Positions 8,199 to 16,433 are shown, counted from the first letter of the stretch. The stretch: DNA of 32,000 bases from Alphaproteobacteria bacterium (GCA_020632885.1 JACKEQ010000004.1:73361-105360); one strand, 5' to 3'. The notes: a model not told the origin generated them from the sequence alone. A program made the numbers and translations.

Positions 8199-9041
8199 CT
8201 ACGCCCACCCCGCCGGGATCCGCTCCAGGAGCCCGTCGCCGTACACGTCCAGCAGACCGAGCTCCGGCATGTGCACGTACCCGATGTGGCAACGGCACAC
8301 GTCGTTCGTGCACGGACGTGGCGCCGACAGCGCGTCCAGCCCGTCCACGTAGAGGTTCCCGAGGGGCGCGCCGATGAAGTGACACCGCCGGACCGTGCCC
8401 TCCCCGTCCACACTGAAGTGCGACTCCCCTCCCCGGCACGCCCGGTCCAGCGAGGGGTACACCCGGTTGTCGTCGAACCGCGGGTCCACCGCCCGGATCC
8501 GCGCGCGGTCGGCGTCCGCGTAGTAGTCCGCCTCGCGCTTGTACGCGTTCACCCAGACGTACGTGCTCCGCGGCAGGGCCGCCCGCAGGGCCTCGATGGC
8601 GTCCAGGTGCTCCAGCAGGCCCACCACGCCGACCGAGTGACGCACGCCGAGCGCCCGCAACCGCTCGCACTGCCGCAGGAACCGGTCCATCCCGACCTCG
8701 CCGGGATGCCAGGTGGCCCACAGCGCCACCGTGTCGAGGTCCGCCTCCTCCAGCCAGTCGAGCTTCATCGAGAGGTTCGTCTGCGCGGCGACCCGCCGCA
8801 CCCCGGGCGCCCGCGAGAGCCGCACCATCGCGTCCCGGTACCAGCTCCGGACCAGCGCCTCCCCCCAGGGCGTGAAGAGCACCCCGAGGTCGTCCTGGAC
8901 CTCCGCCCACTCCACGAACCGCGAGAGCCCCGCCCTGTCGGCCTCCAGGACCTCCGGTGGCTCCCAGGCCTTGGCGAACGGACAGTACGGACACGCGAAG
9001 TTGCAGCTCGACAGCGGACCCCGGTAGTGGATCGTCCTCAC
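8199..9041 (-). CDS. Radical SAM protein (STM4011-like), 280 aa
   Basis: CxxxCxxC motif SSCNFACPYCPF lies near the N-terminus, and there is a Cys-rich C-terminus (RRCHF, PCTNDVCRCHIGY). The GTG start at 9041 overlaps the upstream stop (GTGA, 9038-9041). The long N-terminal extension in track ORF 8199..10169 has shadow-type composition and overlaps the upstream gene. Confidence 0.85.
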   Translation of the reverse strand: MRTIHYRGPLSSCNFACPYCPFAKAWEPPEVLEADRAGLSRFVEWAEVQDDLGVLFTPWGEALVRSWYRDAMVRLSRAPGVRRVAAQTNLSMKLDWLEEADLDTVALWATWHPGEVGMDRFLRQCERLRALGVRHSVGVVGLLEHLDAIEALRAALPRSTYVWVNAYKREADYYADADRARIRAVDPRFDDNRVYPSLDRACRGGESHFSVDGEGTVRRCHFIGAPLGNLYVDGLDALSAPRPCTNDVCRCHIGYVHMPELGLLDVYGDGLLERIPAGWA

Positions 9042-10342
9042 CGCAGCTCCCAGGCGTCCATCCTGGCCTTCACGGCGTCCGAGTACAGCCAGGGCCCGAT
9101 GGCGTCCGACCAGGCCAGCCCCTCGGCCGTCAGCCGCAGCCGGCCGGGCAGCTCCTCCGCGAGCCCGTGCTCCACGAGGCCCCCGAGCTGCGGGAATCGC
9201 TCCCGCACGTCGCCGAAGGCCTCCGCGAAGGCCACCGTGTCGAGACCCTCGGCCTGCAGCAGCCCCTGGAGCAGGTAGCGGCGGGCGCGCTCGTCGAGGT
9301 CCAGCACGAAGCCCCAGTCGACCCGCGTGGGGTCGTCGCGGTCGAGCCACGCGTCCAGCTCGTCCAGGACGGCCCCTCCACCCACCGCGAAACGCGTGGC
9401 ATGGTGTACCCGGCGCGTGTAGCTGCGCGCCCCGGGCCCGAGGCCCACCATGCCGTCCGCCTGGCATTTGTAGGGCGTGTGCACGACCGGCGCCCAGGGC
9501 GCCCGGAACATCCGCATGGAGGTCTGCTCGTAGCCGCACGACACCAACAGATCCCGGCCGATCCGGTAGAGCTCCAGCCGGTCGTCGGGTGCGTCGTGGC
9601 CGCGCCGATCGAGGCCCGTGAGCGGACGGACGAACAGCGGGTAGAGGAAGATCTCCTCCGGACGCCACTCCAGCGCGGCCGTCAGGCTGTCGACCCACGT
9701 GGCGGGCGTCTGGCCCGCCAGGCCGTAGATGAGGTCGATGTTGAGCGTGGGCACCCGCGACGCCCGCAGCGCCTCGAGGGCCGTCTGCACCGTCATGCCG
9801 CGCTGGGTCCGCCCCATCGCGCGCGCCTCGCTGTCCACGAAGGACTGCACGCCCAGACTGGCCCGCGTCGTCCCCCGCCGCACGAGGAGGTCGGCCTTGC
9901 CCGGCGTCACGGTCTCCGGCGAGCACTCTACCGAGAGCGGCATGCTCCCGAGGGGCGCACCCATGGTGTGCCCGAGGACGTCGAACACCCGATCGAGCCC
10001 GCCCTCGTCGAGCCAGGTGGGCGTGCCGCCCCCGACGGCCCCGGTGACGAACCGCGCATCCGGCAGCACCTCGCGCACCCGCGTCGCCTGCCGGGCGAGC
10101 TGCTGGAGGTACCGCTCCTGCCGCTCGGGGGCCCCGCGCACCGTGGTGAACAGGTTGCAGAAGGAGCACCGCTGGAAGCAGAACGGCACGTGGGCGTACA
10201 GGAACAGCGAGGAGGTGTCCTCGCCCGCCCAGACGTCCTCGAGGGCGAGCGCCAGCTCCAGCGCGCGGTACGCCGTCTTGTGGGGGTAGGCATACGCGTA
10301 GCCCGCGTAGGGTCCGGTGCCGAAGAGCGCGCTGGGGTCCAT
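9038..10342 (-). CDS. HemN-like (oxygen-independent coproporphyrinogen oxidase family) radical SAM protein (STM4012-like)
   Basis: YAHVPFCFQRCSFCNLF (CxxxCxxC), GGGTPT, SLGVQSF, NIDLIYGLAGQT, and a HemN_C-like C-terminal region. Confidence 0.9.
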   Translation of the reverse strand: MDPSALFGTGPYAGYAYAYPHKTAYRALELALALEDVWAGEDTSSLFLYAHVPFCFQRCSFCNLFTTVRGAPERQERYLQQLARQATRVREVLPDARFVTGAVGGGTPTWLDEGGLDRVFDVLGHTMGAPLGSMPLSVECSPETVTPGKADLLVRRGTTRASLGVQSFVDSEARAMGRTQRGMTVQTALEALRASRVPTLNIDLIYGLAGQTPATWVDSLTAALEWRPEEIFLYPLFVRPLTGLDRRGHDAPDDRLELYRIGRDLLVSCGYEQTSMRMFRAPWAPVVHTPYKCQADGMVGLGPGARSYTRRVHHATRFAVGGGAVLDELDAWLDRDDPTRVDWGFVLDLDERARRYLLQGLLQAEGLDTVAFAEAFGDVRERFPQLGGLVEHGLAEELPGRLRLTAEGLAWSDAIGPWLYSDAVKARMDAWELR

Positions 10343-10350
10343 GCCCGCCG

Positions 10351-11151
10351 TTATCCCAACGACGCCACGGGCACGCTGGCGAGCCGCACCATCAGCGTCT
10401 CGCCCGCCCGGTACACCTCGAAGACCCGCACCGCACCGAGCGTCCCCGCCAGCGCCGGGCCCGTCAGCTCGGGCTCGAGCCCATCCAGGGGCTCGCCGTC
10501 GACCGTCAGCAGCACGTCACCCGCCAGGAGACGCCCTGCCGCCGGCCCTCCCGGGTGCACGGCGAGCACCTCCACCCCGCCCGCGACAGGCTGGATGCGC
10601 AGCCCGAGCGTGGGTCGGTCGTCCACGTCGTCCACGGGCTCCCGGGTGCCTCCACCGACCATCACGAGCGGCGAGGCCTCCCGGCGCACCGGGCGGAAGG
10701 AAGCCCGCGCGTCGGCCCGGTAGCCGAGCACGGCCGGCTGGAGCACCCCGAGAAGCTCGAGGGCCGCAGGCCCCCAGAGCGTCTCGAACCCGGCCCCCCA
10801 GGTCCCGACGGCCTTCTCGACGTCGCCGGCGTCGTGCTGCTCCAGACCCGCCCAGAGCTGCTGGAACACGACCTCGACCGTCTGGGAGGCCTGCATGGGC
10901 ACGGGTCCGTCGTCCGTCTCGCGCCAGTAGGCCTCGTAGGCCCCGAGCCCGGGCCAGTCGACGAGCATCGGGGACGCCAGACCCGGCGCGCGTCCCGGGA
11001 GCACCGGCAGGGCCGCCGCGCTGGCGACGACCAGCCCGAGACCGCGGTAGGTCGCGGTGATGCGCTCGTCGAGGGGGAGCGTGTGGGCATCCAGCCAGAG
11101 CCCGCAGAGGTCGCGGACCAGGTGGGCGAACAGGGCGGCGGTGTCGCTCAC
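10351..11151 (-). CDS. Hypothetical protein with a C-terminal PDZ domain
   Basis: The C-terminus LGLRIQPVAGGVEVLAVHPGGPAAGRLLAGDVLLTVDGEPL has the PDZ pattern. The N-terminal about 150 aa is unrecognised. The GTG start overlaps the upstream stop (GTGA at 11148-11151). Confidence 0.8.
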   Translation of the reverse strand: MSDTAALFAHLVRDLCGLWLDAHTLPLDERITATYRGLGLVVASAAALPVLPGRAPGLASPMLVDWPGLGAYEAYWRETDDGPVPMQASQTVEVVFQQLWAGLEQHDAGDVEKAVGTWGAGFETLWGPAALELLGVLQPAVLGYRADARASFRPVRREASPLVMVGGGTREPVDDVDDRPTLGLRIQPVAGGVEVLAVHPGGPAAGRLLAGDVLLTVDGEPLDGLEPELTGPALAGTLGAVRVFEVYRAGETLMVRLASVPVASLG

Positions 11152-11921
11152 AGGGTGAACCTCGCCCAGGGCACGGTGAGGACGTGCGGGTGGGCGACAC
11201 GGTGCCCGACGTGCCCGCCCTCGCCGTAGAGGGTGCCATGGTCGCTCGTCACCATGACCTCGGTGGGCCCGCGGGCCGCGAAGGCCGCGAACAACGGCGC
11301 CAGCGCGCCGTCCACGTAGCGGAGGGCGGCCCGGTGGGTCGCCAGCGAGTCCGTCTCCGCGCCGTCCACGTAGTGCCGGTTGGGCTGGTGGATGGCGCTG
11401 ACGTTCACGAAGGCGAGCACGCGACCGTCGAGCTCCGCGAGGCGCCCGACGAGCCAGGCCACCTGGTGCTCCGTGCTGTGGGGGTCGGTGACCCCGAAGC
11501 CCGTCTCCCAGCGGGACTCTGCGAAGAGCCCGGGAAGCACGGTGCCGAGGGGGGTGGCGGGGTTGAAGAAGCCCGTGCCCCCGACACAGATCGTGTGGTA
11601 GCCCGCATCCGCGAAGCCCCGCACGATGTCCGGCGCGTCGAACACCGTGGTGTGGGGCCCGATGGTCTCGGACCCGCCGAAGGCCACGGCGAGCTCGCGG
11701 ATGTGGGGACCCGGCGTGACCGGCGTGGGGAGGAACCCCGCGAAGAACGCGGCGTGGGCGGCGTAGGTGAAGGTCGCCGGAGAGTGGCGCTCCTCCCAGG
11801 CGTCCACGTACCGCGAGAGCACGGGCAGCTCGCCCGCCTCGAGCGCCGCGACGGCCACGTCGTACCTCAGGGTGTCGAGGGTGACGAAGAGCACGTCGTG
11901 GCGTCCGAGGACGGACCTCAC
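11148..11921 (-). CDS. Alkaline-phosphatase/sulfatase-superfamily hydrolase (STM4013-like)
   Basis: DVLFVTLDTLRYD is the metal-binding Asp plus nucleophile Thr motif. VMVTSDHGTLYGEGGHVGH is the C-terminal metal site. The GTG start at 11921 overlaps the upstream stop (GTGA 11918-11921). The upstream extension of the track ORF has shadow-type composition. Confidence 0.8.
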   Translation of the reverse strand: MRSVLGRHDVLFVTLDTLRYDVAVAALEAGELPVLSRYVDAWEERHSPATFTYAAHAAFFAGFLPTPVTPGPHIRELAVAFGGSETIGPHTTVFDAPDIVRGFADAGYHTICVGGTGFFNPATPLGTVLPGLFAESRWETGFGVTDPHSTEHQVAWLVGRLAELDGRVLAFVNVSAIHQPNRHYVDGAETDSLATHRAALRYVDGALAPLFAAFAARGPTEVMVTSDHGTLYGEGGHVGHRVAHPHVLTVPWARFTL

Positions 11922-13306
11922 TCGCTGACGCTCGTGTAGAACCAGTCCCGGTCCCGCTTCTGGTCGCCCGCGACCAGCGTGCCCGCGAAGGCGACGCGCA
12001 GCGCAGACACGGTCTCGTCGGACAAGAAGCTCTCCGAGACGTCCAGCTCCTCGAGGTGGGCCAGAGCCGGCAGGATGCCGAGGAGCGTCTGGGCGCCCTC
12101 GTCCGTGAGGATGCCCATGGACAGGTCGAGGTGCGTGAGCTGACGGATCAGCGGCCCGCCGGCGAGCACACCCACGATGTCGTTCGTGAAGCTCGCGTTC
12201 TTCAGGCCGAGGCGCTTCACGGCCGGCAGACCCGCGGTGTTGGCGAGGATCCCGGCGACGTGCTCGGCGCTGCACGACCCGCCGTAGTCGTCGGTGCCGA
12301 ACCACACCTCGAGCTCCTCGAGCGCCGGGTAGCTGCCCTTCGCGAGCTGCTCGGCCGGCTGGGTCGGCAGCCCGCCGGTCTCCAGCTTCAGGCGCTTCAG
12401 CTTCGGCGCCACCAGCGCCCCGAGGGCGATGTCGCCGCCCGTGATGGTGAGATCCTCGAGGTTGGGGAGGATGGGCCCCAGGGGCTCCACGGAGGTGTGG
12501 TAGGTCCAGGAGATCTCGGTGTCGTCGGGGTACTCGAAGGCCCCGAGGTGCAGCCGGCGCAGCGAAGGCCGGCGGCCCTGCTTCACGAGGAGCTTCACGG
12601 CGTCCTCGAACATGGCCTCCCCGTCGATCTCGAGGAGGCCGACCTCCAGCTCACGAAGGAACTGCGCGGACGGGTGCCGGAGCACGGCGCTGTAGAGCTT
12701 CTTGAGGTCGAGCTCCTCGACGTCCCAGTTGCCAGCGACCTTGACCCGCCGCCAGAACCCGTTCTCCCAGTCGATCTCGACGGCCTCGGCCTCGTCGCGA
12801 CCGGGCCGGACATCGCCGAAGAAGGCCGTGGCGTGCTTCTCGAGCAGCTCCTGCTCGCGGACCTTCAGCGGGCCCGGCGGCTCCGGCGCGGGTGCCGCCT
12901 CCCCACGGGGACGGGCTCGCACGCGCTCCTTCGGCTTGGTGACGGTCGCCCCGAGCTGCATCTGCACCGCCATGAGCTCACCGCGCGGGTCGCCAGCGGC
13001 CTGCAGGCTGTCGGCGAGCACGGACCACGCCTCGAGGTCGCCGGGATCGGACGTGATGCGCGCCACGATCTCCTCGTTGGGATCGGCCGTGCGCGCCTGG
13101 GCGGCGGCCTCGGCGTACCCCTTCTTCACCTTGGACGCGATGGCCGCGTCCGCCTTCTTCTGGGCCTCCTCGTGGCTCTTGAAGACCTTGGTGCTCGTCT
13201 GGCCGTCCGTGCCGGTACGACCGAAGCGGACGGTGTACGACTCCCCCTCCACCACGATCTCCCAGAACTTGTCGGACTTCCCGTCGCTGAACTCGAACCG
13301 CCGCAT
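11918..13306 (-). CDS. WGR domain / TIGR02996-like segment / leucine-rich repeat (RNI-like) protein (STM4015-like)
   Basis: N-terminus RRFEFSDGKSDKFWEIVVEGESYTVRFGRTGTDGQTSTK..KKGY is a WGR domain. LEAWSVLADSLQAAGDPRGELMAVQMQL is the myxobacterial/planctomycete repeat-companion motif. The C-terminal half has LRR-like units (LKRLKLETGGL, LEELEVW, VKRLGLKNASF, LTHLDLSMGIL, LEELDVSESFL). GGAGG lies 4 nt upstream of ATG 13306. Confidence 0.9.
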   Translation of the reverse strand: MRRFEFSDGKSDKFWEIVVEGESYTVRFGRTGTDGQTSTKVFKSHEEAQKKADAAIASKVKKGYAEAAAQARTADPNEEIVARITSDPGDLEAWSVLADSLQAAGDPRGELMAVQMQLGATVTKPKERVRARPRGEAAPAPEPPGPLKVREQELLEKHATAFFGDVRPGRDEAEAVEIDWENGFWRRVKVAGNWDVEELDLKKLYSAVLRHPSAQFLRELEVGLLEIDGEAMFEDAVKLLVKQGRRPSLRRLHLGAFEYPDDTEISWTYHTSVEPLGPILPNLEDLTITGGDIALGALVAPKLKRLKLETGGLPTQPAEQLAKGSYPALEELEVWFGTDDYGGSCSAEHVAGILANTAGLPAVKRLGLKNASFTNDIVGVLAGGPLIRQLTHLDLSMGILTDEGAQTLLGILPALAHLEELDVSESFLSDETVSALRVAFAGTLVAGDQKRDRDWFYTSVSE

Positions 13307-13336
13307 GGACCCTCCCGGGCGCGAGTATAGGCGGGG

Positions 13337-15133
13337 TCAGTCGCCGTCCCGGACGATGACGGTGAAGGTGACCTGCCGGAGGGGTCCGACCCCCGCGAGA
13401 CCCTCGCCTGCACCGACCACCTGGAGCCGATCCCGCGCGATCCCCCGCTCCACCAGGGCCGCGGCGACCCCCTCGGCGCGGCGCACGGACAGCGCGTAGT
13501 TGTAGGCGGACGGGCCCTCGGAGTCGGCGTGCCCCTCGACCCGCAGCAGCCGGACCTCCCCGTGCTCGGCCATCCAGGCGGCGATCGCGTCGAGCGTCCC
13601 GGTCTCCTCCAGCGTGTCGCGGTCGTGCGCGAAGAGCGGCGTGCCCGTGGTGACGAGCTGGTTGCCCTCGAGGTGCACGGCGTCGGGCTCGAGCACGACG
13701 TCCACCTCGGCCACCTCGTCGATCGGGACCTCCACGGTCCGGACGTGCGTTCCGAAGCCCTCGGCCGCCACGCGCACCGTGACGTCGCCGACCTCGCGCT
13801 CCATGCGGACCTCTCCGCCTTCGGGGGGCACGTGCTCACCCTCGATCTCGACCACGACCCCGGGGACGACGGATCCGTCGGGCCCACGCACACGCACGAC
13901 CAGCGTGCCGATGCGCCGGGCCTCCAGCGTCACCACGGAGCGCATCGTGCGCCCCTCGAGCAGGAAGGCGCCCACCCCGCTCGGCACGAACCCCTCGGCC
14001 TCCACGACGACCGCGTGCTCCCCCGCCCCTCCGGCGTACGTCCACACCTCGCCGCCCAGGCCGTGGAAGGCATCCCCGTCGTGGCGGAGGGTCCAGCTGT
14101 CGGGTCCGCGCACCTCCACGCGCCACCCCGCCGTGACGTCCGGGCAACCGTCGTCGTCCCGGTAGCCGTTCACCGTCTCGGGCACGTTCGGGCACACGTC
14201 GTCGACGTCGGACAGGCCGTCCCCATCGTTGTCGGGGTCGGGGCATCCATCGCGGTCCTGGTGGCCGTCGAGGTCCTCGGGCGCGCGGGGACAGCGGTCC
14301 TGCGGCCCGACCCGCCCGTCTCCATCGTGGTCCTCGGGACCCGGCACCACGAACGACAGGTCCAGCAGCAGCCTGCTCGCGGGGGTGCCCAGCCCATCCG
14401 TGAGCCCGACTCCCACGCCACCCCGCAGGTGGATCCCGCGGCGCAGGCGACCCCGCGCCGTCGCCAGGGCCTCGAGGGGCACGAGCCGGCTGGTGACGGG
14501 CTGACCCAGCGGGAAGGCCCCGAAGAGCTCGAGGGCCCCACGAAGCCCGGGGTACAGGTCGCCGCCATAGCCCACGGCACCCTCGAGGCGGGCGCCGAGC
14601 ACGGTGCCCCCGACGTCCTGATCGGGCTGCACGCGCGCCAGGATTTGCCCGCCGAGGCCGCCCGTGCGGAGGGTGAGCCCACCTGTCACCGCGTGGGTGG
14701 AGAAGGGCTGGGGGGCCGAGGCATTGCCGCGCTCCAGCTCGGCCACGAGCGCCACGGGCATGCCAGGAGACCCGATCCGCGCGAAGAGCAGCACGTCGCC
14801 GGGCCCGACGAGCGTGTCGTCGGCGTACCGGGCCACGTGCACCGGGAGGAGCACACCGAACCGGAGGTACTCACCGGTGGCGAGCGACGCCCCCAGCCTC
14901 GCGGTGACGAGGTCGCGGACGTAGGGCGTGCGGGTGCCGTCGGCGCTGCGGAGGACCAGCGGCGCGAACTGCGCATCGTTCGCGAGGAACACCCGCGCGG
15001 ACCACGGATCACCCACGGTCGCCGGGCGCAGGCTCGTGAAGTCCTCGCCGAGGGGCTGGAGGGTCTGGACATCGGCAGCCCGAGCGGACCCCGCGAGCCC
15101 CATCCCCACCACCATCGCCGCGAGTGCCCGCAA
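13337..15133 (-). CDS. OmpA-family outer membrane protein with TSP3 (thrombospondin type 3) calcium-binding repeats
   Basis: Signal peptide MRALAAMVVGMGLAGSARA, then a beta-barrel-like N-terminal half. Repeats DHDGDGRVGPQDRCP, DRDGCPDPDNDGDGLSDVDDVCP and DDDGCPD follow, then a CarboxypepD_reg-like segment. The C-terminus has the OmpA motif LLRVEGHADSEGPSAYNYALSVRRAEGV. Confidence 0.9.
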   Translation of the reverse strand: MRALAAMVVGMGLAGSARAADVQTLQPLGEDFTSLRPATVGDPWSARVFLANDAQFAPLVLRSADGTRTPYVRDLVTARLGASLATGEYLRFGVLLPVHVARYADDTLVGPGDVLLFARIGSPGMPVALVAELERGNASAPQPFSTHAVTGGLTLRTGGLGGQILARVQPDQDVGGTVLGARLEGAVGYGGDLYPGLRGALELFGAFPLGQPVTSRLVPLEALATARGRLRRGIHLRGGVGVGLTDGLGTPASRLLLDLSFVVPGPEDHDGDGRVGPQDRCPRAPEDLDGHQDRDGCPDPDNDGDGLSDVDDVCPNVPETVNGYRDDDGCPDVTAGWRVEVRGPDSWTLRHDGDAFHGLGGEVWTYAGGAGEHAVVVEAEGFVPSGVGAFLLEGRTMRSVVTLEARRIGTLVVRVRGPDGSVVPGVVVEIEGEHVPPEGGEVRMEREVGDVTVRVAAEGFGTHVRTVEVPIDEVAEVDVVLEPDAVHLEGNQLVTTGTPLFAHDRDTLEETGTLDAIAAWMAEHGEVRLLRVEGHADSEGPSAYNYALSVRRAEGVAAALVERGIARDRLQVVGAGEGLAGVGPLRQVTFTVIVRDGD

Positions 15134-15181
15134 GGCGCCCCTCCGGCCCGCAGCCTACGCCTTTCTGACGTAGGATGCGGC

Positions 15182-16153
15182 GTGGTCCTCCTCCTCCTCT
15201 CCGTCGCGTCCGCCTGCGAGCGCTGGGCCCAGCTCACCGCGCTGGCTCCCCTCTCCGCACCCGGCCTCGACGAGTCGAGCGGCGTGGCCCCCTCCCGCAT
15301 CACCCGCAACCAGCTCTGGACCCACGACGACAGCGGTACGCCCGAGCTCTTCCGGTTCGGCATCGACGGCACGTACACCGTGCACGAGGTGCCCGGCGCG
15401 GCGAACGAGGACTGGGAGGACATCGCCAGCGCCCCGTGCGGTGGGCGCGAAGCGTGCCTGTACGTCGCGGACATCGGGGCCGAGCGCCCCGACCCCACGA
15501 GCCTGCAGGTCTATGTCGTCGTGGAGCCCGATGGCGACGGCCCCGCCAGGCTCCGCGAGCGCTGGGAGCTCCGCTGGCCGGGCACCCCCCGCGACGCCGA
15601 GACCCTCCTGGTGGACCCCTGCACCCAGGAGGCGTGGATCGTCACGCGGGGCGAGACCACCGAGGTGTTCGCGGTGGATCCCACCCGCGGGCCGTCGGCG
15701 ACCGACCTCCTGCCCGTGACGAGCCTCCCTGTGGGCCCGATCACGGGCGGCGACTTCGCACCCGACGGCACGGGCGTGGTGCTGCGGACCCAGGACGCCA
15801 TCTGGCTCTGGCGCAAGGACCCCGAAGCGGGGGTCGACTGGGAGGAGGCCCCGCTCCTCGTCGCCGACGGCCTGGAGCCCGGCGAGGCGATCACCTGGGA
15901 GGCGGACGGCGACCTCGTGCTCACGTCCGAAGGGGCTCCCACCGCGGTGGGGCGGCTCGCATGCGAGCTCCCGTCCCTCGAGCCCCAGTGCACGGCGGGT
16001 GGCTGCGGCTGCGCCCTCAGTCCGGCGTCGGGCCCCCTTCCCTGGGCGTGGCTGGGCCTCGCAGGGGTGGGATGGGGAGCGGTGCGACGCCGTGCCTCAC
16101 GTACGTCTTCGAGGCCGCCATCCGCTCCTCGATCGCCCGCACGCGCTCCTTGA
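15182..16153 (+). CDS. Putative beta-propeller (SdiA-regulated/YjiK-like) lipoprotein with a MYXO-CTERM-type sorting tail
   Basis: This is the 3' third of track ORF 13529..16153 (the rest is the OmpA antisense shadow). The GTG at 15182 gives MVLLLLSVASAC (lipobox-like), then LDESSGVAP..LWTHDDSGTPELF, ACLYVADIG and a C-terminal GGCGC + hydrophobic + RRR. The start is uncertain because there is no upstream in-frame stop. Confidence 0.72.
   Translation: MVLLLLSVASACERWAQLTALAPLSAPGLDESSGVAPSRITRNQLWTHDDSGTPELFRFGIDGTYTVHEVPGAANEDWEDIASAPCGGREACLYVADIGAERPDPTSLQVYVVVEPDGDGPARLRERWELRWPGTPRDAETLLVDPCTQEAWIVTRGETTEVFAVDPTRGPSATDLLPVTSLPVGPITGGDFAPDGTGVVLRTQDAIWLWRKDPEAGVDWEEAPLLVADGLEPGEAITWEADGDLVLTSEGAPTAVGRLACELPSLEPQCTAGGCGCALSPASGPLPWAWLGLAGVGWGAVRRRASRTSSRPPSAPRSPARAP
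15998..16093 (+). other. MYXO-CTERM-like C-terminal sorting signal (GGCGC...hydrophobic...RRR)
   Basis: It encodes GGCGCALSPASGPLPWAWLGLAGVGWGAVRRR: a Gly/Cys motif, a hydrophobic span and a basic cluster, as in the myxobacterial MYXO-CTERM class. Confidence 0.7.
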
Positions 16154-16433
16154 TCTGCTCGCGCTCGTCGGGCCGCGCGAAGGCCCGGTAGCGGTTCAGC
16201 ACCGCGATGGCCTCCTCGAAGCGCTGCAGGCGCTCGTATGCGTTCGCGATGTTGAGCAGGATCGGGTGGAGACCGGAGAGCCGGTAGGCCTCCTGCCAGG
16301 CGGCGATCGCGTCGTCGTAGAGGCCCTCGTCGTACAGCAGAGTGCCGTTGTCGTAGATCTCGGCCGCCCGGACCTCGGGGGTGGGCTCGTCGACGGCCGG
16401 CCCGGACGCGAAGGCGGCGACCGCCCAGAGCAT
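16017..16433 (-). CDS. TPR-repeat protein (138 aa)
   Basis: EIYDNGTLLYDEGLYDDAIAAWQEAYRLSGLHPILLNIANAYERLQRFEEAIAVLNRY forms two TPR units. The ATG directly abuts the upstream stop (TGAATG at 16431-16436). Confidence 0.75.
   Translation of the reverse strand: MLWAVAAFASGPAVDEPTPEVRAAEIYDNGTLLYDEGLYDDAIAAWQEAYRLSGLHPILLNIANAYERLQRFEEAIAVLNRYRAFARPDEREQIKERVRAIEERMAASKTYVRHGVAPLPIPPLRGPATPREGGPTPD

Noticed and set aside
9042-10169. N-terminal 376-codon extension of track ORF 8199..10169; likewise the extension 11922..12305 of ORF 11148..12305
   Set aside because: The extensions overlap the upstream HemN-like and WGR-LRR genes out of frame and are Arg/Gly/Ala-rich. Protein-like sequence begins exactly at GTG codons that form GTGA overlaps with the upstream stops.
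13324-13329. TATACT (minus strand) -10-like hexamer 17 nt upstream of the WGR-LRR ATG as the operon promoter
   Set aside because: There is no acceptable -35 at 16-18 nt (it would fall in the OmpA stop region, ccggga). A lone hexamer in a 30-nt spacer is insufficient, and read-through from ompA is equally possible.
13529-15181. 5' two-thirds of the 874-aa plus-strand ORF 13529..16153
   Set aside because: It is antisense to the OmpA/TSP3 gene and has shadow composition. Only the part from about 15182 onward (signal peptide, beta-propeller motifs, MYXO-CTERM) looks real.
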